64,000 nt of DNA from a virus. Position 1 is the first letter of the stretch. Each line of letters opens with the position of its first letter. The stretch is from the IMG/VR virus record IMGVR_UViG_3300025600_000001, positions 53,569-117,568 of that record. One strand, given 5' to 3'. A program made the translations under genes and the position numbers. The notes under the pieces are model-generated. The model ran no database searches. It was given only the letters and a program-made list of their open reading frames with translations, and was not told where the DNA came from. Positions 1-9,868 of this stretch are shown one piece after another.

Positions 1-8
1 GAGAGCAA

Positions 9-431
9 ATGAAACAAGTCACACTCTCAAGAACGCTGCAAGCAGAGATTATAGGAAAAATGTTTATAGAAGCAGAATTTATTAAGTCTACTCAATTGAA
101 TATTATCAAAAGAGAACTTGATAATCCTACACATGATTATGGAGATCCTAATAGTTTGTGGTCATTGTATAATTATACAACTTTTGCAATGCGTGAATTG
201 CATCCATCTTTATATCTACAGGATCATATTGATGCTCATTCATTCTTTGTCACTGAATCAGGAATCATAGTTAATACTCCTGAACCTATTACAATTCGTC
301 CTGTAGAAGATAAGAGACAATTAAACTTGTTTGATGAACTTCTTAATCAAGAAACAGAAGAAGTCTTGGCTGAAGTGTATAATAGTGAAGAAGAAGAAGA
401 AGAGGAAGAATGGGAACCAGAACAACTATAG
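9..431 (+). CDS. C-terminal part of a conserved phage protein (possibly DUF932-like), probably truncated by the window edge
   Basis: ORF near window start; SLWSLYNYTT motif; acidic C-terminal tail. Confidence 0.45.
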   Translation: MKQVTLSRTLQAEIIGKMFIEAEFIKSTQLNIIKRELDNPTHDYGDPNSLWSLYNYTTFAMRELHPSLYLQDHIDAHSFFVTESGIIVNTPEPITIRPVEDKRQLNLFDELLNQETEEVLAEVYNSEEEEEEEEWEPEQL

Positions 432-652
432 GTGCAAAACCTGCAATAGTAAAAGTTCCAGGAACTTTTATTAAGATTGGTGATTACAGAATAATAAAAT
501 CAAGTGTGAAGAGGTATCAACCAAGTAAAAATGGATATATCAACATCTATTTTAACTCCTCAATAAATCATCCTGATTTTAAGAGTTTTCACTATACATC
601 AACTAAGTTACAACAAGAAGTTTTAGACTATTTAGATTCAATTTATTTATGA
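410..652 (+). CDS. hypothetical protein
   Basis: 80-aa ORF overlapping both neighbours in the operon. Confidence 0.6.
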   Translation: MGTRTTIGAKPAIVKVPGTFIKIGDYRIIKSSVKRYQPSKNGYINIYFNSSINHPDFKSFHYTSTKLQQEVLDYLDSIYL

Positions 653-676
653 ACAAAAGTAAAACAATACTATCAG

Positions 677-699
677 AAGAGGCTTTTGAGCCTCTTTTT
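677..699 (+). terminator. intrinsic terminator-like hairpin inside the UDG remnant
   Basis: AAGAGGCT-TTTG-AGCCTCTT followed by TTT. Confidence 0.45.
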
Positions 700-741
700 G
701 GTAGTTGGTGGCCTAAGATTAACAAATTCTCTGTTATTTTA

Positions 742-773
742 TTTGTATATTCTACTTATTTAGTATATATTTG
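742..773 (+). promoter_or_regulatory. Bacteroidota-type sigma promoter for the LAGLIDADG gene
   Basis: TTTG, 20-nt spacer, TATATTTG, matching the -33 TTTG / -7 TAnnTTTG consensus. Confidence 0.65.
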
Positions 774-801
774 TTAGATTAATTTAATACAACATTACTA
801 T

Positions 802-1782
802 ATGACATATTTTAAACTTACTCCAGAAATTCATAAAAATATAGCAGATGAATATATTTCATCTATAACTACTCAACAAGATTTAGCAAAAAAATATAAT
901 GTTAGTACAGTTATGATTTCAAATATATTAAAAAAATTTAAAATTCCTACAGATCATCGAAGAGGATTTTATAATGTAGATATTAATTATTTTAAAATTA
1001 TAGATACACCTAATAAATCATATTTTTTAGGTTTATTTCATGCCGATGGAAGTAACTCTGAGGAGCATAACTGTGTTAGAATTTCTTTACAGGAAAAGGA
1101 TAAAGAAATATTAGAAAAATTAAAAAAAGATATAAAATATTCAGGTCCTTTATATTATTTAAAAAAACAAGGAAATAGAAGTAATCAATTTTCATTAAAT
1201 ATTGTAGCAAAAGAATTATCACAAGATTTGGTAATTCTAGGTTATCCTAAGAATAAAACTTACAAAGTAGTATTTCCAGAATACTTAGAACAGTCATTAG
1301 TAAGACATTTTATTAGAGGATTGTTCGATGGAGATGGATGTATTCATGCTAAATATAAACATAGTTTAAGTATCGTTGGTACATGTAATACTTTGTTAGG
1401 AGTAAAAGATTATTTACAAGAAATATTAAATATAAATTCTGTAATAGTAGAAAGTAAATCTAAAAATATATTTAGATTAAGTATATGTAAAAAGATAGAT
1501 ATATTCAATACATTATGTCATTTATATGAAAATAGTGAATTGTATTTACAAAGAAAATATGACATCTTTCATCAAGTGTACATGATTCAGAAAGAACATT
1601 TATATTGGCAAATATACTGTAAAAATTTAAAAACTAATGAAATTAATATTTTTAAAAATATGCAAGAAACTAAAGAATTTTTTGGATTAAAATCCTATGC
1701 AGCAATATCTTATTGTATCCATAAAAGTAAAACTAAAATTTTTAGAAAAACGTATTATATAAATTTATTGAAAAATGAATAA
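802..1782 (+). mobile_element. free-standing LAGLIDADG homing endonuclease
   Basis: Two motifs, YFLGLFHADG and FIRGLFDGDG; N-terminal HTH-like and C-terminal NUMOD-like segments. Confidence 0.9.
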
Positions 1783-2566
1783 TTTAGATTGGAAGAAATT
1801 CGAACCACTTTTTGGTACATGGGCTTTAAAAATAAAGCCTTTTTTTGACTTAGGAGGTTTTGATAAAATATATGAGTTTCTTAAAAAAGAGTCAAAAAGA
1901 GGTAAAGAAATCGCACCTATGTCATCTCTTGTATTTAGAGCATTTCGAGAGACAGACATAAATACTCTTAAAGTAGTAATTGTTGGTTTAGCACCATATC
2001 ATACCTTTTATAATGGATCGTCTATTGCGGATGGTTTGTGTATGAGTTGTTCTATTACTAGTAGATTACAACCTAGTCTTTCTAATTTCTATAATGCTAT
2101 AGAACGAGAACTTTATAATGGACTTAATTTAAATATGTATAAAAATCCAGATCTTACCTATTTAGCCAGAGACGGAATTCTTCTATTGAACTATGCTCTC
2201 ACCACTAGTAAAAATAAACCAGGGGATCATTGTGTTCTTTGGGAACCTTTTATGAAATTTCTATTTGAACAGGTGTTAGATACTATTGGAGCTCCTGTTA
2301 TTTTCTTAGGACGTGAAGCAGCCAAACTAGAGAGATATACAATGCCTTTTAATTGGATATTTAAGTTATCTCATCCTGCCTCAGCAAGTTATCAAGGTAT
2401 CGAATGGGATTCTGAAGGAACATTTAAAACTATAAATAAGATTTTATGGGAGCGAAATAAAGAAACGATAAATTGGTTACAATTAGATAGTATAAACGAA
2501 AAGGAGATAAAAAATGAAGACAAAGTTAAAAAACCAGGAAAACCTAAATTTAGAAGTTCAAATTAA
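1775..2566 (+). CDS. ung: uracil-DNA glycosylase (family 1-like)
   Basis: KVVIVGLAPY (GQDPY-like), ADGLCMS, GILLLNYALT, HPAS motifs. Confidence 0.9.
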   Translation: MNNLDWKKFEPLFGTWALKIKPFFDLGGFDKIYEFLKKESKRGKEIAPMSSLVFRAFRETDINTLKVVIVGLAPYHTFYNGSSIADGLCMSCSITSRLQPSLSNFYNAIERELYNGLNLNMYKNPDLTYLARDGILLLNYALTTSKNKPGDHCVLWEPFMKFLFEQVLDTIGAPVIFLGREAAKLERYTMPFNWIFKLSHPASASYQGIEWDSEGTFKTINKILWERNKETINWLQLDSINEKEIKNEDKVKKPGKPKFRSSN

Positions 2567-2578
2567 AAAGAAATACTC

Positions 2579-4885
2579 ATGATTTTAGAAAAACAAACAG
2601 ATAATATTATACTAACAGAAGGAGATGTCTCAGAGAGTATAAATATGGAATTGGATTTGGATTCTGCTCAGATTTTGATGCAGATGTTAAGTAAAAATTT
2701 GTATTCTGATGCTATTGGTAGCACTGTTAGAGAAACCTGTAGTAATGCTTTAGATAGTCATCGAAAAGCAAATACAGATGATCCAATTATTGTTAGTTTT
2801 AAATCAAATAATGATAATACCTATTCGTTTTGTGTTCAAGATTTTGGTACTGGTCTGGATGCTGATGATGTAGAAAACATCATTAGCAAATATGGAAAAT
2901 CTACTAAAAGATTAGAAGCTAACTCATTGGGTATGATGGGATTGGGCTTTAAATCACCATTGGCTTATTCATCAAGTTTCACTTTTGTATGTCGTAAAGA
3001 TGGTATGGAATGGACATATATGATGTATGAAGGAGAAGATAGTAATAAGATTGATTTGTTGTATTCTCAGAAGACAATCGAAAAGAATGGTGTAAAAGTT
3101 ATTATTCCTGTAAAGTATTCAGATAAAAATGAATTTCTTACTAAAATTAGGGAACAACTTGCATATTTTGAAAATGTATTCTTTGATACAGGTAATGTTA
3201 GTAATGATTTTATAATTCATCGTGCTGAACATTATCAGATCTCTCCATTAGTTAATTCTAGTTTGATGCACATTTGTCTGGATAATGTCTATTATCCTAT
3301 TGATTTTGAGAAATTAGGAATTCCTCCTATTCATGTAGTTGTTGGTTTACGATTTGGTCTTAGTGATGGAATCTTTCCAACACCAAATAGAGAAGCAATA
3401 AGAATGACCCAAGAAGCTAAGAAGACTATTTTATCTAAAATAGCTAAAGTTGCAGATGTTTTTATAACTATGTATAATAATACAATAGTTGCTACTTCTG
3501 ACATACAAACTGTTTTTGAATATTATAAATCACAAGACAGATTGGTAACAATTAGTGATAAAACCTATAATGTATTTCAGCTTAAGAACTATAGTAGTAT
3601 AAAGATTACATCTCCTACATTAATAGGAGTTGAACTACTTAATTTAGAAGATTTGTATGAAGATAGAGAGAATATTCTTGGTGAATATCAAATCAGATAT
3701 AATATCAAGAATAGAAAAATGAGTGAAGTAAAATCTGGAGGGAGCAGAAATATACGACTTTATGATTTAAATAACACTCACTATTATCTCTATAATCAAC
3801 CTATCTCTGGAAAGAAAAAAGAATATCTTAAAAGTATATGTAGTTATGGTGATAGTCATGTTTGCAAAAAAATAGATCCTTATAAATTAGGATTTAATTC
3901 TAGAAAAAGTTGGTCATCTACTAGTAGTTATTACAGTATACTCAATCTTAAAAACTATAAAAGGACTGAATGGAGACAAAGAATTAAAGAGTTTCAATTT
4001 ATTCAACAGAAATTTACAGAAAAGTTTATTGGTGTTGATAGTATGGAGATTCCTCAGAGTTACATAGATGCTAGAAAAAAAGAGAGAGTTTCGTCTTTAA
4101 ATAATGGTAATGGAAGAAGAGTTAAACTTACAGGAGAACTTTTTGGTAAAACTGCTATGCCTCTTGAGAGATATGTAAGTGGTCAAAATTGTAAATTTGT
4201 TGCAGACACTTATATTCTTGCTGATATTCCTAAATATAAAGGATTGACTGTATACGACAGTTACGACAATCAACCTCTACTTGATAGTCTATATTACGTA
4301 ACACGTAACTGTAGACATAAACTAAGAATTCTAAGTTTCTCAAATAGAGAGATGAAAGTTCTAAATGACATTAATATTCATAATCTAATATCTTATAGTA
4401 AATTTATGGAAGGAGAAAATAAACCATTTAAAAGATTAATTACAGCACATTTAATTAATACATTAATGTCTACGTACAATCATGTATTTAGTAAACGAGA
4501 TTATCTAACTAGTATTTCACAACCTCTTTTAGATAAACTTAATAAGTTATCTGACTATAAAAATGATTATTATTGTTATGCAGATAGTAATATCTATGTA
4601 AGTATGCTATCTGTAGCAGAAGAACACATGTTATTTGATATGAAAATCTATTCTGATTATTTAGATATTAAGAATGTATTTTTGAAATTAACTTTTCTTA
4701 ATACTGTAATGAAAACTATAAAAGATTATGAGAATGATCCGATGATTCCTATACTTGTAGATTTGTTTAAATATTATAGATATAGAATTGATTATAAGAA
4801 CTATCATATCCCTCTTAATGAAATGATTGATTTCGATTCATTACTACTAACAGATGAAACTGTTAACGAATTAACTATTATTTAA
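2579..4885 (+). CDS. rIIA: RIIA-like protein with N-terminal GHKL ATPase domain
   Basis: LYSD..VRE..SNALDSH, DFGTG, YGKSTK, GMMGLGFKS motifs; followed by an rIIB-like gene. Confidence 0.85.
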   Translation: MILEKQTDNIILTEGDVSESINMELDLDSAQILMQMLSKNLYSDAIGSTVRETCSNALDSHRKANTDDPIIVSFKSNNDNTYSFCVQDFGTGLDADDVENIISKYGKSTKRLEANSLGMMGLGFKSPLAYSSSFTFVCRKDGMEWTYMMYEGEDSNKIDLLYSQKTIEKNGVKVIIPVKYSDKNEFLTKIREQLAYFENVFFDTGNVSNDFIIHRAEHYQISPLVNSSLMHICLDNVYYPIDFEKLGIPPIHVVVGLRFGLSDGIFPTPNREAIRMTQEAKKTILSKIAKVADVFITMYNNTIVATSDIQTVFEYYKSQDRLVTISDKTYNVFQLKNYSSIKITSPTLIGVELLNLEDLYEDRENILGEYQIRYNIKNRKMSEVKSGGSRNIRLYDLNNTHYYLYNQPISGKKKEYLKSICSYGDSHVCKKIDPYKLGFNSRKSWSSTSSYYSILNLKNYKRTEWRQRIKEFQFIQQKFTEKFIGVDSMEIPQSYIDARKKERVSSLNNGNGRRVKLTGELFGKTAMPLERYVSGQNCKFVADTYILADIPKYKGLTVYDSYDNQPLLDSLYYVTRNCRHKLRILSFSNREMKVLNDINIHNLISYSKFMEGENKPFKRLITAHLINTLMSTYNHVFSKRDYLTSISQPLLDKLNKLSDYKNDYYCYADSNIYVSMLSVAEEHMLFDMKIYSDYLDIKNVFLKLTFLNTVMKTIKDYENDPMIPILVDLFKYYRYRIDYKNYHIPLNEMIDFDSLLLTDETVNELTII

Positions 4886-4910
4886 ATATAAACATTAAAA
4901 ATAAAAACTT

Positions 4911-6326
4911 ATGGATTTTTCATTAAATTGGTTTAAGAGTAAAAAGAAAGAAGAAAATGTACAGAAGATATATGTTCCTCAATCAACAACATCTTATGGT
5001 GTTGATCCTTTAGATCACAATGTAGAGTTTATGCATGTGCCTTATAAGTCTATTAAGATGGTTAATGATGTAATTACTGTGGTGTTACTTGATGGAACAA
5101 TTATTATCAAACCTTCTGCAGTAGAACTAGATTTTATAAAAATTTCAAAAGCTACTACGATTGCTGAAATCTTAAACTTAGTAACTCTTCCCGAAATACT
5201 AGAAGAAAAACTTAAAGTTAAAGCTGAAGAAGAACGTAATATTGTTCTACATAAAGGAATCGAACTTCTAAAAGAAGTTAGTGATTTTAGAGTTGAAGAT
5301 AATACTGTTTATATGGTAGGAACAAATAGAAGTGTTCCTGAACTCTTAGTTAATGAATTTATTGAAATTGTAGGAAGTTATGACTTTTCATCAATTTCTA
5401 TGTCTATTAATGAGTATGTAGCAAAAAATGAAAAGTATCAAAGTTTAAAGAACTTCTTTCTTTGGGCATGTCTTAATCCAAGAGCTGAAGTAGCTAATGA
5501 TCTATATGACTTTCTAAAAAGAAATAGTTTTAAGATCACTAAACAAGGATTCTTTGCAGCTCTTAGAAATGTTGTCACGCTTAATGATAATAGTGAAGAG
5601 TTTGATAACAATAGAGCACTTGTTGATTTTGTAAGTAATTCTTACAATAAGATTAAAGCTGTTTGGAAACAGAAACCTTCTAAATTTGATGTTTATAGAA
5701 ATACTGATCATTTTGGAGAAAACTCTTTTTATCTTTGGAAAATTGAAGAAACTCCAAATATTAAGAATAATGGAAACGAATGTATGGGTAATTTAGAAAC
5801 TCTTTACAAACAGGATATGCCAGAGATGAAAGGTAATCGTTTCACTGATGATCACACAAAAACATTCGACATTCGTGTAGGAAAAGTTGTAAGTATGCCT
5901 ATGAAAAAATGTAGTTGGTCGACAGCAGATTGCGATAAAGCAGGTTTACATTTTACTTCAGATCAGATTCACTATGTAGGATGTGGAGATACTTCTATGT
6001 TAGTACTAATCAATCCAATGAAGGTTGTAGGAATAGGTACATCTAAAGGAAGATGTTATGAATATCTTCCAATTATGACAGTTCCTCGTGAAGAAGCAAC
6101 ACAACTTCTACATGATTTAGATTTTGATACTCTTGAATTAGATGAAGACTATGTCATTCATGAATTAGAAAGTCTTAGTGAAAAAGTCAAGAGTGGTTTC
6201 ATAGCAGAAACTACTAAATATAGTTTCAATCTTCCAGCAACATCTACAGAAGAAATTGAGACTATTATAAAATCTTTATCATTAATGAAAGAACTCATTT
6301 CTAAACGAGTAAGTGTAATTAAATAA
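4911..6326 (+). CDS. rIIB: RIIB-like protein
   Basis: NP..LYDFL..ITKQGFFAALR, CDKAGLHF, VLINP..VV, KGRCYEY motifs; adjacent to rIIA. Confidence 0.8.
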   Translation: MDFSLNWFKSKKKEENVQKIYVPQSTTSYGVDPLDHNVEFMHVPYKSIKMVNDVITVVLLDGTIIIKPSAVELDFIKISKATTIAEILNLVTLPEILEEKLKVKAEEERNIVLHKGIELLKEVSDFRVEDNTVYMVGTNRSVPELLVNEFIEIVGSYDFSSISMSINEYVAKNEKYQSLKNFFLWACLNPRAEVANDLYDFLKRNSFKITKQGFFAALRNVVTLNDNSEEFDNNRALVDFVSNSYNKIKAVWKQKPSKFDVYRNTDHFGENSFYLWKIEETPNIKNNGNECMGNLETLYKQDMPEMKGNRFTDDHTKTFDIRVGKVVSMPMKKCSWSTADCDKAGLHFTSDQIHYVGCGDTSMLVLINPMKVVGIGTSKGRCYEYLPIMTVPREEATQLLHDLDFDTLELDEDYVIHELESLSEKVKSGFIAETTKYSFNLPATSTEEIETIIKSLSLMKELISKRVSVIK

Positions 6327-6331
6327 TTCAT

Positions 6332-6371
6332 GTGGTGTATTCCTTTAATTTAGGGATACATCACTAATTTT
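6332..6371 (+). terminator. putative intrinsic terminator
   Basis: GTGGTGTATTCCT ... AGGGATACATCAC stem-loop right after the rIIB stop. Confidence 0.5.
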
Positions 6372-6376
6372 AATTT

Positions 6377-6778
6377 ATGAAAATAAAAAAAGTAGTTATA
6401 AAAAAAGTAAAACCTCGTAATGGAGGAACAATGACTAATAGTCAGTATTTTTCTAAAATCAGATCAATACTTAGAAATGGTTTTAGATACTATAGACCTA
6501 TGCAAGATGCTCTTAATTTAGTAAGTAGACCTTCTCAGTCTTTAAATAAAAAACTTAAAAAAGAATATCAGTGCTTTCATTGTAAAAAATGGTTTAAACG
6601 AGATGATGTAGAAATTGATCACATTGAAGAATGTGGTAAACTAAATTGTTATGACGATATTGTACCATTTATTCAAAGACTTACCAGAGAAGAAGTTAGT
6701 GCATATCAAGTATTATGTAAATCGTGTCATAGTATAAAAACTGAAAAGTATAAACAACTTAAAAATGAAAGACTATGA
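6377..6778 (+). CDS. HNH endonuclease (zinc-binding)
   Basis: CFHC..EIDHI..QVLCKSCH..KT. Confidence 0.85.
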   Translation: MKIKKVVIKKVKPRNGGTMTNSQYFSKIRSILRNGFRYYRPMQDALNLVSRPSQSLNKKLKKEYQCFHCKKWFKRDDVEIDHIEECGKLNCYDDIVPFIQRLTREEVSAYQVLCKSCHSIKTEKYKQLKNERL

Positions 6779-7044
6779 TAATTCGTAGAAAAAAAGATTT
6801 ATGGAAAGGATATCTTGTAGATGGTAGAGTTTATCAAACTGAGACACATACAAGAAGAGACGATTTACTTGCATGTATTGCACGTAAAGAAAGTGTTATG
6901 TGGATATTAAATGATGGACGGAAAATGACTCTTACCTTTGATCAATTAAAGGATGAAGTTGAAGATATAGGTACTCCACAGAAAAGTATAAAGAATACTT
7001 CACCTTATAGTTTATGGTGTTATACATTTATAGAAGATAACTAA
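6775..7044 (+). CDS. hypothetical protein
   Basis: 89-aa ORF with ATGA overlap to the HNH gene. Confidence 0.65.
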   Translation: MIIRRKKDLWKGYLVDGRVYQTETHTRRDDLLACIARKESVMWILNDGRKMTLTFDQLKDEVEDIGTPQKSIKNTSPYSLWCYTFIEDN

Positions 7045-7045
7045 A

Positions 7046-7210
7046 ATGAAACAGAAATTATTAAAATCGACAATTAGTGTACTAGAAGCCTTAAAAGAAG
7101 ATGCGAATATGGCATTGAATGGAACTTGGGATTGTACTGAACCAGGTTTCAGAGCCCAAATTAGAGCAATTAATGGAGTTTTATCAGAACTAAAAGCAAA
7201 ATTAAAATGA
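7046..7210 (+). CDS. small hypothetical protein (54 aa, not in ORF track)
   Basis: MKQKLLKSTISVLEALKEDANMALNGTWDC...; fills the operon gap exactly. Confidence 0.6.
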   Translation: MKQKLLKSTISVLEALKEDANMALNGTWDCTEPGFRAQIRAINGVLSELKAKLK

Positions 7211-7275
7211 TAGAAGGAATTAAAAAAATAAATTCTGAAAGTGATTATCGTAAGATACAACTTGATTCAAGTTAA
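7207..7275 (+). pseudogene. orphaned 5' end of the nuclease gene at 8123
   Basis: MIEGIKKINSESDYRKIQLDSS* versus MIKGINKNIDEKSYRTICLDSA (12/22 identical, ungapped). Confidence 0.85.
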
Positions 7276-7343
7276 AAAAGAGAAAAGTTATAGGATTATA
7301 TATTTAATTTTTGTATATTTATATATAACTAAGTTATAATAAG

Positions 7344-8117
7344 ATGATTGGAATCTATAAAATAACAAGTCCTTCGAATAAAGTTTATATAGGACAAAGT
7401 TGGAATTTGATTAAAAGAGAGAAAGATTATAAGTCTTTAGCTAATATAATTAGACAAAGAAAAATATATAATTCTATGAAAAAATATGGAGTAGATAAAC
7501 ATATTTTTGAAATACTTCATATTCTTTCAGATACTACTATACAAAAAGAATTAGATTATTGGGAAATATATTATTGGAAGTATTTTATATCTCAAGGATT
7601 TGAAATGCTTAATATTAAAGAACCAGGAAAAGGAGGAAGATTAGATATTGAAACTAAAGAAAAGATATCTAAATCAAATAAGGGAAGAATTAGAAGTGAA
7701 GAAGTAATGAGTAAAATTAAGAATTTAGATAGATATAATCTTCCTATTCTAATGTTAAATTTAAATGGAAAAATCATAAGAGAGTTTAGAAATATAAATT
7801 CATGTTCACGAGAATTACATGTTAGTTCTTCTAATATAAAATCAGTAATGAATGGTAAAACTAAAACATGTTTATCTCATATTTTTATAAAAAAAGTAGA
7901 TTATGATGAATCTAAATTTACACAAATAATAGTTCCTGGTGGATGTACTGAGGTAAATCAATATGATTTAGATAATAATTTTATTAAAAGTTTTTTAAGT
8001 TTTAAAAATATTAGATTAGAATTAGAATTAAAAATAGGATGTGATCCTAATATTATAAGAGCTTGCAAATCTGAAAATAGAATAGCTTATGGTTTTAAAT
8101 GGAAATATAAAAATTAA
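7344..8117 (+). mobile_element. free-standing GIY-YIG homing endonuclease
   Basis: GIYKIT..KVYIGQS; NUMOD3-like ETKEKISKS and NUMOD1-like C-terminal repeats. Confidence 0.9.
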
Positions 8118-8122
8118 TAAAT

Positions 8123-9181
8123 ATGATTAAGGGAATAAATAAAAACATAGATGAAAAAAGTTATCGAACAATTTGTCTTGACAGTGCTAGTTCTTTAAAA
8201 GATTTTTCACTAGATAGAAAATTATATTTTAAACGTTACGTTTTGTATGAGGTAGTAGAAGAGAAGTTTAATCAATCAATATTGATGGGAAATCTTGTTG
8301 ATTGTATGTTATTAACGCCTAATTTATTTGATAATAAATTTTATATGTCAGCATGTGCATCTTCGCCTTCTGGATTGATGTTAGAATTTGTAGAAGCTCT
8401 TTATAGAGCAACTAGAGATGCTATGGGAGAGGACAAAATCTTAACAAAGAATTTTGAAGAACTGTCAAAGATTGCATATTTAGCCAGTGGCTTCAAAATT
8501 AAATATGAAGCAGTGATAGGTAAGTTTATGGATTCTGACAATCAAATTTACTATGACGAATTAGTAAAGGTGAGAACTAATAATCTACTAGTAGTTACAA
8601 TTGATCAGGTAAATAAAGCTGAACAAATTGTTGAAGAATTAAAAGTTAATTTTGTAACTAAAGAAATTCTTACACGTATAAATAGTCAAAGATGGACTGT
8701 TCTAGTACAACATCAGGTAGAAAACTATTTGGTTGATAATCATCCTTTTAAGAGTATGATGGATTTATGTATTATAGACCATCAAGAAAAGATTATTCAG
8801 ATTTATGACTTGAAATGTGTATGGACCGTTGAAGGCTTTTTTTCTGACTACTATCTTTTTCGTAGAGCATACATTCAGGGATATTTATATTGGAGAGCTG
8901 CTATGTATATGAGTAATGATATTAATAGTGAATTCTACGAATATACTGTTCTACCTCCAAGATTTATTGTATGTGATAGTATTAACTATTTTAATCCCTT
9001 AATATATACAATGTCAAATGATGATCTAAAGGATGCGTATGAAGGATTTGAACACAAAGGACATAAATATCCTGGTGTAAAAGAGATAATTTTAAATCTT
9101 GATTGGAATATAAATAATAATATCTGGGGGATGAGTAGAGAAAACTATATTAACAATGGTATAGTAAATATTAAAGATTAG
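8123..9181 (+). CDS. PD-(D/E)xK exonuclease-like protein
   Basis: SASSLK, GNLVDCML, KSMMD..IYDLK, YIQGYLY motifs. Confidence 0.75.
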   Translation: MIKGINKNIDEKSYRTICLDSASSLKDFSLDRKLYFKRYVLYEVVEEKFNQSILMGNLVDCMLLTPNLFDNKFYMSACASSPSGLMLEFVEALYRATRDAMGEDKILTKNFEELSKIAYLASGFKIKYEAVIGKFMDSDNQIYYDELVKVRTNNLLVVTIDQVNKAEQIVEELKVNFVTKEILTRINSQRWTVLVQHQVENYLVDNHPFKSMMDLCIIDHQEKIIQIYDLKCVWTVEGFFSDYYLFRRAYIQGYLYWRAAMYMSNDINSEFYEYTVLPPRFIVCDSINYFNPLIYTMSNDDLKDAYEGFEHKGHKYPGVKEIILNLDWNINNNIWGMSRENYINNGIVNIKD

Positions 9182-9191
9182 AAACTATAAA

Positions 9192-9746
9192 ATGATGTTA
9201 AAAAAAACAATCACGACTGTGTTCATGGTCCCAACGTTAGGTATAAGTAGTAAACTTCTTAATGATAATGGATTTATTAATGGTTATTCTAAAGATCTTC
9301 AGCAAGACATAGAATATAAAGATTCTGTATATTTATTATTTCAACCTAAAAATCTTAATCAATTTAAAGAATTTTTAGAGGATGAATATGAACGAACTAA
9401 ACAGATAATTGAAGACTATGATCTTGCTAAAGGTTTTGTTGTTGTAGTATATAAGTTAGATCCTTTATATAAAGTTGATTTTGATTTAATACGAAAAAGT
9501 AAGTATTCAAAAACTTCTCCAGGTTTTCAAAATTTATTTCCAAGAATTAAAAAAATGAATCTTAACGGAATATCAAAAGATGAGATATCTTTGCAATATC
9601 GAATTTTTAATAGAACACAGGATCTAATTACTTTTTGGGAAGATAAATTTGGAATTACTCTTGAAAAAGAACAAGAAGTCTGGAGTGGATTTATTGAAGA
9701 AAATGAATGTTTAAATATTGGTAATACTAAAGAAATAGCTGAATAA
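9192..9746 (+). CDS. hypothetical phage protein
   Basis: 184-aa ORF in the operon. Confidence 0.75.
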   Translation: MMLKKTITTVFMVPTLGISSKLLNDNGFINGYSKDLQQDIEYKDSVYLLFQPKNLNQFKEFLEDEYERTKQIIEDYDLAKGFVVVVYKLDPLYKVDFDLIRKSKYSKTSPGFQNLFPRIKKMNLNGISKDEISLQYRIFNRTQDLITFWEDKFGITLEKEQEVWSGFIEENECLNIGNTKEIAE

Positions 9747-9807
9747 TTGTTGTTGTAATCTGATTTAATTGGGAGTAATATCTATCAGAATCAGATTCAT
9801 TTTTTGT

Positions 9808-9848
9808 ATCCTCTTAGGTTCTTTAATAGGAACTTAAGAGGATTTTTA
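9808..9848 (+). terminator. intrinsic terminator
   Basis: ATCCTCTTAGGTTC ... GAACTTAAGAGGAT stem plus T run; a TATCTTTA -7-like box follows, upstream of recA. Confidence 0.6.
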
Positions 9849-9868
9849 ATCAAATTTTCGTATCTTTA

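Larger units (their letters stand above)
649..777 (+). pseudogene. orphaned 5' end of the uracil-DNA glycosylase gene
   Basis: Translates MNKSKTILSEEAFEPLFGSWWPKI..., matching the UDG start at 1775 (FEPLFGTWALKI); ATG overlaps the upstream stop (ATGA). Confidence 0.8.

Noticed and set aside
720-1782. Group I intron or intein around the homing endonucleases
   Set aside because: Flanks are too short and AT-rich for an intron core, there are no intein termini, and the downstream genes have their own complete starts
7012-7260. 82-aa minus-strand ORF
   Set aside because: Antisense to the 7046-7210 ORF and the nuclease remnant, which fit the + strand operon
9747-9868. tRNA or structured ncRNA in the intergenic region before recA
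   Set aside because: Only simple hairpins; no cloverleaf or T-loop motif; consistent with a terminator plus promoter
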